Assembly (NCBI GenBank): GCA_050184475.1
Contig: JBFXAH010000001.1
Coordinates: 59,604 to 123,603, forward strand
Length of the DNA stretch: 64,000 nt
Reading direction: 5' to 3'
Origin: Pirellulales bacterium
GTDB taxonomy: Bacteria > Planctomycetota > Planctomycetia > Pirellulales > JAEUIK01
Shown: positions 24,959 to 33,841 of the stretch, piece after piece
Position numbering within the stretch: position 1 is the first letter of the stretch
How the letters are laid out: every line of letters starts with the position of its first letter
Notes under the pieces: generated by a model
Database searches by the model: none
Told to the model about the DNA's origin: nothing
What the model saw: the letters and a program-made list of their open reading frames with translations, nothing else
Made by a program: the position numbers and the translations under genes

Positions 24959-27900
24959 TCAGCGCGTGTAGATGAACTCGTCCAGATTGATAATCAAATG
25001 GCACAGATCAACCCAGGCCTGGTGGCGGGCATTGGCCGGCTGCTCGTCGAGTGCCCGGTGATGCTCGGTCTGAGAATCGAGGAACGCCAGCGCGCCGGCG
25101 GTCTCCGCGGCCGAGGGGGGCCGCCCCAGGGCGGACAAATACAGCCGCTGAATCTGCCTGGCATCGGGTGCTGAGTTCCGCATTACCCGTTCTGCCCAAC
25201 CGCGCGCTTGCAGCACGACGAAAGGGTCGTTCAGCATATTCAACGCCTGCAACGGCAGGGCCGCCGTATTGCGACACCCGACACACGTTTCGGGCTGTGG
25301 GAAGTCGAACAATGTGAGGAAGCGCGAGATCGCACCGCGGCGGACTTCGAGATAAATCGTCCGCCGCTGCGGTCCTGCGACCACGACTTCGCTGGGCAAC
25401 CCCGACTCGGTGCGGAACTCCTTCACCGGAGCTGGCACGCTGGGACCCAGCGTGGTCGTATCCAAGTTGCCGGCCAAGCTCAGCAAGCAATCGCGAATGC
25501 ATTCGGCCTCGATGCGCTGGGCGTTCATACGATGCAGCAAACGATTATCGGCATCGACCTCATTGGCTTCTGGCCGATTGATACTCGATTGCTGATAGGT
25601 GCTCGTCAGGAGCAACAAACGATGCAGGGCTTTGATCGACCAGCCACTGGCGATGAATCGTCGCGCTAGATAGTCCAGGAGCTCGGGATGCGAGGGCAGC
25701 TCGCCACGCGTGCCGAAATCGTCGGGCGTGGCCACCAACCCCTTGCCGAACGTGTGTTGCCAGATGCGGTTCACCATGACGCGCGACGTCAGCGGATTGT
25801 CCGCCGACACGATCCACTCGGCCAGTTCGCGACGGCCGCTCCCGGCCGTGATCCGCGGCGCGTCGTCCCCGACAATCGCCCGAAGGTACCCCCGCGGTAC
25901 TTTCTTGCCTGGCGTATGCGGATTCCCTCGTTTTTGCACGCAGGTGTCGTGGGGTTCGAAATCCATCGCCACCAGACCCAAACTGGCGCGCGGGCATTGC
26001 CGCTCCAACTCGACGCGCTCAGCGCGGAGGCGCGCCAAGGCCTGGCAATCCTCCTCGGCCAGGCATTGTTCGGCGTCGCGTTGGTCGGCCAGCAACGACT
26101 CGTCGTTGAGCAACCAACCGAGTAGCTCGCGACGCTCTTGGTCATCGATCGCCGCATGCAACTCGGCGAGGATCGGCGGTGCGGGCTCCGCAGATGGCGG
26201 GCCGCTTCGATACGCTTCGAGTTGTTTCCACCAGGCCTCTAGTTGCTCGGTCAGCGAAGCCTGAAAGCCCTCGGCCAGGGCTTGCGGAGTGCTGGCCTGC
26301 GGAGCGGCCAAGATATCGAGGATCAAGCGATTGGTGCCGAAGTCGCGGTTGTCGGCGAAATACGCTGGATCGGGAACGCTTTCCTCCAACAACATGAAAT
26401 GGTCCGCGGCGATATACCCACCCGGTTCGGTCGACTCATCCATGAGTTCGATTCGCACATCCCGGTCTTTCCAGGGCGGGGCCAACTGCACGATGCGAAA
26501 CTCGAAGCGATCGGATGCAGGCCCCGGCTCGACCATAACGTTCGCCAGCGGCTCGACCTGGCTGTGCGTGACGAAGTTGACGCAGCACTTGCGCGGCGTG
26601 CCGTTACCGGCGATGAAAAAGCCGACAGCGAAATGCGGCCCGCTGACGCGGAACGGCGGGCTCAACAGCCGGCCCGTCTGGGAGTCGCCGCCATTGCGGC
26701 TACTGGCGAATCGTTGGCCCCGAAAGCCGCTGACAATCTGCGCGGCAGGTTTTGCGGGGCCGCCGCGAAACGCCGGGCCCTCGACGATCCAGTCGCCGTA
26801 GTCGTCCGCCTCGAAGTCGGCGAACAATTGCGCACCCGATTCTCGCTCGGCCGCGCGTCGCGTGGTCTCGTGAAGCTGGCTGGCTACCGCTTGGCGCCGA
26901 TAGCCAAAAACGGCGTCGCTGGCGCGGGCCAGCCGCGCCCAGCCGCGCAGAAACCGATCGCGCCGCGAAATCGACTCGGCCAATTCGTCGCACCATCGCT
27001 GGAGCCGCTCGGGCCGCAAGCCATGCCGCGCGGCGATCGATTCCAGGTTGACGTCAGCAGCAGCGGGGCCGGCCGCCAGCCACTCGCGAGCGGCCAGCAG
27101 GTACGCGGCGATCCGTCCCGCTTCGGCACGTTGCAGTCGAATGAATTCCGCGCTTTGCTCGGCTTTGGCCAGCAGCGCGTCGATCTGGCGTTGATTCTCG
27201 ACCAACAGATCGACTTGCCGCTCGATACGCGCCTTCTGCTCGGGCGAGTCGATCCAGCGTTGGACATCGGTCGTGCTCTCGAGCACCCCGGCCAACGAAT
27301 AGTAGTCTTCCGTCGAAATGGGATCGAACTTGTGGTCATGACATCGGGCGCAGGCCAGCGTCATCCCGAGCAGGCTCTTGCCCAGAACGTCGAGTTGATT
27401 CTCGAGCTCCTCGGCATGGGCCTTGGGCCAGTCGACGACGAACTCGGTAATCTCCTGAAAAAACAATTGCCCGGTACCTAGCGGCGAAGCCAAGCGTTCG
27501 CCGTCGGCCGTCAACCGCGGCGACTCGAGCAGGTCGCCGGCGATCTGCTCGCGAACGAATTGATCGTACGGCACGTCGGCGTTGAACGCCTCGATCACGT
27601 AGTCGCGGTAGCGATAGGCGTTGTCCTTTGGCATATTCTCATCACTGCCGTTGGACTCCGCGAAACGCACCAGGTCGAGCCAGTGACGCCCCCAGCGTTC
27701 GCCGTAGTGTGGGCTGGCCAGCAGCGTTTCGACCACGCGCGCCACGGCATCCGGGCTGTCGTCGGCCACGAACGCTTCGATTTCTTCGATCGTCGGAGGC
27801 AAGCCAATCAGGTGGAAATACAGACGGCGCAGCAAGGCGTGCTTTTCGGCCGGCGGCGAAGGGGTCAACCCCGCCTGTTCGAGCCGCGCTAAAATGAACT

Positions 27901-28414
27901 GATCGATCTGGGCGGCGGGCCACGACGCGTCTTTAACCGCAGGTACGGCAGGATCGGCCAACGGCTGCAACGACCATAGTCCTGCGGCGGTGCGCTGGGC
28001 GGCCACGGCCGCGGCCTCGGCGTCGAGCGCGCCGGCCGGCCAGACGGCTCCTTCGGCGATCCAGCGAGCCAGGTCGGCCACCTCGTCCTGAGTCAACGAA
28101 CCGTCGGGGGGCATCTGCAACTCGCTGTCCGGGTCCTGGCGGACAGCCGCGATCAATAAGCTCTCGGCGGGCTTGCCGGGCAGAATGGCCGGTCCCCGGT
28201 CTCCACCGCGCAGCAGTGCCTCTCGCGAAACGAGCTGCAGATTGCCCTCGCTATCGTCTCCCCGAGCATGGCACTCGAAGCAGCGCTCGACCAGGATGGG
28301 GCGAATGCGCGTCTCGAAGAAGTCGCGCGCAGCGTGCGAGGGCTCGCCGGCGAACATGGCTGCGGGCCAGGCGAGCACCCACAGCGAAGCGCATAAGATT
28401 CTGATGCGATGCAT
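24959..28414 (-). CDS. PSCyt (planctomycete cytochrome c) / DUF1549 / LamG-like / DUF1553 domain protein
   Basis: CFECHARGDD heme-binding motif (CxxCH). DUF1549-like LLRRLYFHLIGLPPTIEEIEAF. CARCHDHKFDPISTEDYY. C-terminal DUF1553-like region. I prefer the ATG at 28414 (MHRIRILCASLWVLAWPAAMFA signal). Confidence 0.9.
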   Translation of the reverse strand: MHRIRILCASLWVLAWPAAMFAGEPSHAARDFFETRIRPILVERCFECHARGDDSEGNLQLVSREALLRGGDRGPAILPGKPAESLLIAAVRQDPDSELQMPPDGSLTQDEVADLARWIAEGAVWPAGALDAEAAAVAAQRTAAGLWSLQPLADPAVPAVKDASWPAAQIDQFILARLEQAGLTPSPPAEKHALLRRLYFHLIGLPPTIEEIEAFVADDSPDAVARVVETLLASPHYGERWGRHWLDLVRFAESNGSDENMPKDNAYRYRDYVIEAFNADVPYDQFVREQIAGDLLESPRLTADGERLASPLGTGQLFFQEITEFVVDWPKAHAEELENQLDVLGKSLLGMTLACARCHDHKFDPISTEDYYSLAGVLESTTDVQRWIDSPEQKARIERQVDLLVENQRQIDALLAKAEQSAEFIRLQRAEAGRIAAYLLAAREWLAAGPAAADVNLESIAARHGLRPERLQRWCDELAESISRRDRFLRGWARLARASDAVFGYRRQAVASQLHETTRRAAERESGAQLFADFEADDYGDWIVEGPAFRGGPAKPAAQIVSGFRGQRFASSRNGGDSQTGRLLSPPFRVSGPHFAVGFFIAGNGTPRKCCVNFVTHSQVEPLANVMVEPGPASDRFEFRIVQLAPPWKDRDVRIELMDESTEPGGYIAADHFMLLEESVPDPAYFADNRDFGTNRLILDILAAPQASTPQALAEGFQASLTEQLEAWWKQLEAYRSGPPSAEPAPPILAELHAAIDDQERRELLGWLLNDESLLADQRDAEQCLAEEDCQALARLRAERVELERQCPRASLGLVAMDFEPHDTCVQKRGNPHTPGKKVPRGYLRAIVGDDAPRITAGSGRRELAEWIVSADNPLTSRVMVNRIWQHTFGKGLVATPDDFGTRGELPSHPELLDYLARRFIASGWSIKALHRLLLLTSTYQQSSINRPEANEVDADNRLLHRMNAQRIEAECIRDCLLSLAGNLDTTTLGPSVPAPVKEFRTESGLPSEVVVAGPQRRTIYLEVRRGAISRFLTLFDFPQPETCVGCRNTAALPLQALNMLNDPFVVLQARGWAERVMRNSAPDARQIQRLYLSALGRPPSAAETAGALAFLDSQTEHHRALDEQPANARHQAWVDLCHLIINLDEFIYTR

Positions 28415-28614
28415 GACGTGCCCTACGAACCGCACATCTTGCGCGCGCTCGGACCACGGGCAATTTCGAGAGGCGCCGCCCCTCAATTGCCGGAAAAAAC
28501 TGTGATTGTCCCGCTCGAAACCCCCATATCAGGCTATGCGAAAGGTGCCGCTGGTTCAAGCAACTTCCAGCGCGCAACACCAAGCGGAACAGGCCGAACA
28601 ACGACTAGGTTGCA

Positions 28615-31200
28615 TTAGGGCGTCAGCTTTGCGGGAGCGTTCGGGCGCCAGTGATTCTTCCAGCCGGTGAACAACTCGCTTTCGAACTCGTCCCATTCGC
28701 GCTCGCCGCGGGAATCGGGGAACGGCCTGGGAAGGATCGGCTCGGGCGACATCCAGACGGTCTCGTACTCCAGGTCCGGGGTCACGCGGCCGATTCGTGC
28801 TCCGCGCACGGCGTGACGCGTGGCGGGGTCGATTCGCACCAGCCCTTCGGGTCCATCGAACTGCTGATCGACGATCGCTTCGCGAATCGCGCGGACGTCG
28901 GTGGTGCCGGCCGCTTCGACGGCCGCCGCCCACAAGTGGACGCCGGTGTAGGCGGCCACCATCGGGTCATTCACCACCCGACTGGCGCCGAACCGCTGGC
29001 GAAAACGCCCGACGAACGCCTGGTTGGCGGGCGTCGCCAGGCTCTGAAAGTAACTCAGCGCGGCGTAATCTCCGGCGATGTCCTCCGCCTGCACGGCGAA
29101 GGTTCGCAGTTCTTCCTCGGTCACGTGAAACGAGATGGTCGGGACTTTCGCCGCGTCGACCCCTGCTTCGCGCAGGCAGCGAAACAAGCCGCTGTTGCCG
29201 ATGCCGCAGGCGGTGTTGATCACCAGGTCGGCTCCCGACTGGCGGACCTTGTCGACAATCTCGGCGAAGTCGGAGTCGCCCAGAAAGCGGTACTCGTCTC
29301 CGACAACCTGCCCCCCCAGCGACCGCAGCTCGTCCTTGACGATCTCATGAACGCCACGCGAATAGACGCCATCGGTCCCGATCAAGAAGAACTTGCGCTT
29401 ATTCAGGAAGGCGAATGCCCATTTCACCGCCGGGAGCACCTGTTGATTCGGCACTCCTCCCAGATAGATCACGTAGGGAGACTGTTCGAGCCCTTCGTAG
29501 GCTGTCGGATACAGGAGCAAGTGATCGTGCCGATGACAGACTTGCTCCATCATTTTGCGGCAGGGAGACCGCCAGCCGCCGAAGAGCGTGACCACCTGCT
29601 GCTCGACGATCAGGTCCTCGGCCTCGCGGGCGAACTCGTACTCGTTTGAGCGGCCGTCGCGGATGACCGGCTCGATGCGTCGGCCCCCCAGCAGGCCGCC
29701 GGCTTCGTTCAACTCGTCGATCGCCAGTTGAACGGCATCGACGATACAACGCTCGCTCGTGGCCATCGGGCCCGACAGCGAATGGATGATGCCGACTTTG
29801 ATTGGAGTGGTCGCGGGTGTGGCCGCCGCGGCGCTGCTGTCGGGGGCGACTTGGGCCGGGTTAACCGGGGCCGCCGAGGGGGGCCCAACGATTCCCGTGT
29901 TCGCCGGCGGCAACGCAGCTTCACTGCCGCTACCGAGCACACTGGCAGTGGTTGCCGGGGAAGCGATGCGGGCGTGATGCGATGCGTCGCGGGCCTTGTC
30001 GACGATTTGCTCGCTTCCGCGCCACAGGCAGGAAAGCGCGGCCGCGACGATCGCGGCGGCGCCGATCGCCGCGCTCCAGGTCAATTTGGCGCGCCGCGAA
30101 AGTCCGCTCTCCTCGGGGGCCTTGGAGCTGGCGTCGCTGCCGGCGGCTGGCGACTCGTAAAGCTCCGTTCCCCGTTCGATGTCGCGGAGGGCGTTGACAA
30201 CTTCGCCCGCGGTGGCGGGCCGCTCGTCGGGACGTTTGGCCAGCAGTCGATCGACCAACCGTACTAGCGCCGGCGGCAGCCCGGGCACGCAACCTCCAAT
30301 GCTCTCGGGTTCGACGTTGACGACCGCGTGCAACGAGGCCACGGCCGAGGCCCGCGCAAATGGCGAATCGCCGGCCAACATGGCGTAGAGCACGCAACCC
30401 AGCGAGAACAAGTCGGCGCGCTGATCGACTGGCAGTGCGCAGGCTTGCTCGGGAGCCATGAACATGGGGGTGCCGACAACACGGCCGACAACGGTAAAGT
30501 GATCTTCGACAATCAGCGGACGCGCGATACCGAAATCGAGGAGCGTGACGTGACGGCACGCGTCCCCCCGCGTGCCGCTCTTGAGCCAGACGTTCGCCGG
30601 CTTGATGTCGCGATGAATCAATTGCTGCTCGTGCGCGGCCGCGAGTCCTTCGGCGATCTCGCGGGCGATCCGCAGTGCTTCGCTCAGGGGCAGCGTGCGG
30701 TCGCGCTCGAGTCGATTTTCGAGCGACTCTCCTGGCAAGAGCTCCATGACGATGTAGAGGACGTCGCCGCACTGCCCAACTCGATAGATCTGTACGACGC
30801 GCTCGGTCGCCAGCGCCGCGGCCAGACGGGCTTCCTGTCGAAACCGCTTTTGCAGCGTGGCGTCGGCTTCGTCGGGGCGCAGAACTTTGATTGCCACGCG
30901 CCGCGCGAGCACGGTGTCCTCGGCCTCGAAGACAATGCCCATCCCCCCTTCGCCGAGCACGCGCAGGACGCGATACTCTTCGAGCCGTCCCAATTCGTCG
31001 GGGCGCTGGGCGGGCGAAAGAAAAGTGAACTCCGCGGTGCGCGTCGTCGTCTCGACTTCAGCGGCGGCGAGCCGGTTGTTCGTGAGCCGCGAGCTTTCGG
31101 GCTCGGCCTGGCCGATATCGACCGTGTCTCCCGGTGTTTCGTTAATTGCTTGAGGCTCGTCGGGTGCGATCGTCACTCCCGAATCGGTGCTGGTGGTCAT
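28615..31200 (-). CDS. Ser/Thr protein kinase fused through one TM segment to a type-1 periplasmic binding domain (AmiC/UrtA/LivK-like)
   Basis: Kinase motifs [28 protein letters not shown], DFGIA and [10 protein letters not shown]. TM segment [19 protein letters not shown]. The C-terminal [43 protein letters not shown] resembles amide/urea-binding proteins. Confidence 0.85.
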   Translation of the reverse strand: [861 protein letters not shown]

Positions 31201-31548
31201 GACGTTTCCCTCAGACGGTGCGCGAATTGGCCTGGTGCCCGACGGGCTTCACGACGACCGCCGCATGGATTGCGGCAAATCACGGCGATCGACAAGACGA
31301 GTAAAGCGGCGTCGCGATGGCTACCGCCGCAACGAAGAAGCGCCCCGGCGCCGGTGAATCGCGGCGAGGGACGCCAAGCTCCGCCTGAAACGTAGTTCGC
31401 GATCTGCCGTTGTTGCCGGCGCGCGACCGTCCGCGGGGAAACGTCGACTTCCGCGAAAACAGGCACGCAGCATTGCCGTTGGGATTAATGACGGCCGATC
31501 GTTAGCGCGTAAAGCTTTTTATAGATTGATGTTCAGAGGTGGCGGCTG

Positions 31549-31577
31549 TTGACAGGCTGCTGGCGTCGATTTAGCAT
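31549..31577 (+). promoter_or_regulatory. Candidate sigma70-type promoter for the TetR-MFP-RND operon
   Basis: TTGACA (31549-31554), a 17-nt spacer, then TAGCAT (31572-31577). An AT-rich patch aaagctttttatagattgat precedes it. It lies ~110 nt upstream of the TetR ORF. Confidence 0.4.
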
Positions 31578-31583
31578 ACGCCA

Positions 31584-31607
31584 AGCGGACTGACTGGTCC
31601 GTCCGCT
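31584..31607 (+). promoter_or_regulatory. Inverted repeat AGCGGAC-N10-GTCCGCT just downstream of the candidate -10; possible TetR operator
   Basis: agcggac (31584-31590) and gtccgct (31601-31607) are exact reverse complements. The position matches autoregulated TetR operators. This is purely positional inference. Confidence 0.3.
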
Positions 31608-31686
31608 ACATTCCTGCCTACCTCGTTCGCTCAACCGGCGACTCCCCGTCGACCGAAAATCCACCTTCAAACGAAAGCGCATTGCC

Positions 31687-32367
31687 TTGGCAACGTCACC
31701 GCTGAGCAAGACGCCCGCGCGCCGTAGTCCTGAGACCGAAGCAGCCGACACGGCAGCGGGCACCGCCGCGTGCGACCGCCGCGAACAGATTCTCGTCGCC
31801 GCTACGAAGCTGTTTGCCGAGCGCGGCTTCGCCGACACCGATACCCAGCGCCTGGCCGACGAACTGGGGGTCGGCAAAGGGACGCTCTATCGATATTTTC
31901 CCAGCAAGCGCGAGTTGTTCCTGGCGGCCACCGATCGCGGCATGCGGATGCTGGTCGAAACGATCGACGCCAGTATTGCCGACATCGAGGACCCGCCCGC
32001 TCGAATCGCGCAAGTGGTCCGTTCGTACCTGAACTTCTTCGCGAACCATCCCGAGCTATGCGAGTTGCTGATAAGCGAGCGGGCGTTGTTCAAGGATCGC
32101 AAGAAACCAACGTATTTCGAGCATCGCGAAGCGAACCGCGAGCGGTTGCGCCTGCTCTATCGAGGGTACATCGTCGAGGGGCAGATCCGTGATATGCCGG
32201 TCGATCGCATCCTCGATGTGCTCGGCGACTTGATGTATGGCACGATGTTCACCAACCATTTTTCGCAGCGGCAGGTGTCGGTCGAATCGCAAGCGCGGGA
32301 CATCATCGATGTCGTGTTTCACGGCATTTTGAGCGACAAGGGGCGGCAGCGTAATCCGCCTCGCTAG
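31687..32367 (+). CDS. TetR/AcrR family transcriptional regulator
   Basis: N-terminal HTH ILVAATKLFAERGFADTDTQRLADELGVGKGTLYRYFPSKRELF. The start (TTG at 31687) is uncertain. Confidence 0.85.
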   Translation: MATSPLSKTPARRSPETEAADTAAGTAACDRREQILVAATKLFAERGFADTDTQRLADELGVGKGTLYRYFPSKRELFLAATDRGMRMLVETIDASIADIEDPPARIAQVVRSYLNFFANHPELCELLISERALFKDRKKPTYFEHREANRERLRLLYRGYIVEGQIRDMPVDRILDVLGDLMYGTMFTNHFSQRQVSVESQARDIIDVVFHGILSDKGRQRNPPR

Positions 32368-32503
32368 GGCCTCGTAATCGGTCACGCTTACGGAGTGATT
32401 ACTCCGCCGCCGACCAAGAAGCCACTCAGCGAACTGACCAATCGACAGGGATCGCATTGCAGTGCGGAAGTCACAGATACATAGCGTGGGGCGGCCTGCA
32501 ACC

Positions 32504-33841
32504 ATGGTTGGGGTTGCGTTATTGATGGTTGCGGCCGGTTGTGGGCATGCGCCGCCAACTCTTCCCCCGGCCGGACCACCGCAAGTTGAGGTCTGCCTGC
32601 CCGTACATCAGGAAATCCGCGACTATGAGGATTTCTCCGGCCAGACCGAGGCCGTGGCCAGCATCGAAATTCGCGCGCGAGTGACCGGTTACTTGAGCGC
32701 GGTTCACTTCGCGCACGGCGCGGAGGTCGAAGAAGGTGACATCCTGTTCGAAATTGATCCTCCCTACTACGAGGCCGAGCTGGCGCGGGCCGAAGGGGGA
32801 GTCGCCCAGGCCGAGTCGCGATTGAATCGACTGCGCGCCGACTACGAGCGGACCGTCACCCTGCACAAGCAGAACGTAATTACCGACGCCCAGTTCGACA
32901 TGGCCACCAGCGACGTCACCGAGGCCGAAGGGACCCTCAAAGCAGCTCGCGCCTTGCTCAAGATCGCCCAGGTCAATATGGGCTACACCAAGGTCAAAGC
33001 ACCCGTCTCGGGGCGCGTTAGTCGTCCGTTCATCGATCCAGGCAACCTGGTCAAGGCCGACGACACGATCCTGACGCGCATCGTCGCCCAAGATCCGATG
33101 TGGGTGTACTTCGATCTCGATGAGCGGACGATGCTGCGCTTGCGGCGGCTCGACGTGCAGGATCACGAATTGGACGCCGACAGCCGCAACGTGATTACGA
33201 CGGCCCATGCCGAGGCGCCGGCCGTGTTCGACGGCGAGCGGGACGAGCCCCCCGGTTCGCCGCCAACTTCACCATCCGCCGACGGCGATCGCGCGGACGA
33301 CCAGGCGCCGCGCCCAAGCGATCCGACTTCCGAAGATGTTGAAAGCGTCGACGCGACCCCGTCGCTAGCGCTGTCTTCACAAGATCGACCAGCCGGAGTC
33401 TTGATGGGGCTGGCGGACGAACAAGATTATTCGCGCCGCGGTACGCTCGATTTCGAAGATAACCGGGTCGATCCCAGCACCGGCACGCTGCGCGTGCGCG
33501 CCGTGTTTTCCAATGCCGATCGATTGCTGTCGCCCGGACTATTCGTGCGAATCCGCATTCCGATCGGCGACCCGTATCGCGCCTTGCTCGTGCCCGAGGC
33601 GGCGCTCGGGACCGATCAGGGGCAGAGGTTCGTCTACGTCGTCGACGACCAAGATGAGGTCTCGTACAGGCGAGTGACCGTCGGCAAGCTGCACGAAGGG
33701 TTGCGCGTGATTACGTCGGGGCTCGAGCCCGGCGAACGCGTCGTTGTCACCGGGCTGCAGCGCGTGGTGCCCGGCGGGAAAGTTGAAGCCAAGCTGACCG
33801 AGATAACCAACGTGGCCTCGTCCTCGACGGGTTCGCTGTGA
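32504..33841 (+). CDS. Efflux RND transporter periplasmic adaptor (membrane fusion protein, HlyD family), probable lipoprotein, with an acidic/proline-rich insertion
   Basis: MVGVALLMVAAGC is lipobox-like. Typical MFP segments VTGYLSAVHFAHGAEVEEGDILFEID, GYTKVKAPVSGRVS and FVYVVDDQDEVSYRRVTVGK. The stop overlaps the next gene's GTG (GTGA at 33838-33841). Confidence 0.85.
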   Translation: MVGVALLMVAAGCGHAPPTLPPAGPPQVEVCLPVHQEIRDYEDFSGQTEAVASIEIRARVTGYLSAVHFAHGAEVEEGDILFEIDPPYYEAELARAEGGVAQAESRLNRLRADYERTVTLHKQNVITDAQFDMATSDVTEAEGTLKAARALLKIAQVNMGYTKVKAPVSGRVSRPFIDPGNLVKADDTILTRIVAQDPMWVYFDLDERTMLRLRRLDVQDHELDADSRNVITTAHAEAPAVFDGERDEPPGSPPTSPSADGDRADDQAPRPSDPTSEDVESVDATPSLALSSQDRPAGVLMGLADEQDYSRRGTLDFEDNRVDPSTGTLRVRAVFSNADRLLSPGLFVRIRIPIGDPYRALLVPEAALGTDQGQRFVYVVDDQDEVSYRRVTVGKLHEGLRVITSGLEPGERVVVTGLQRVVPGGKVEAKLTEITNVASSSTGSL

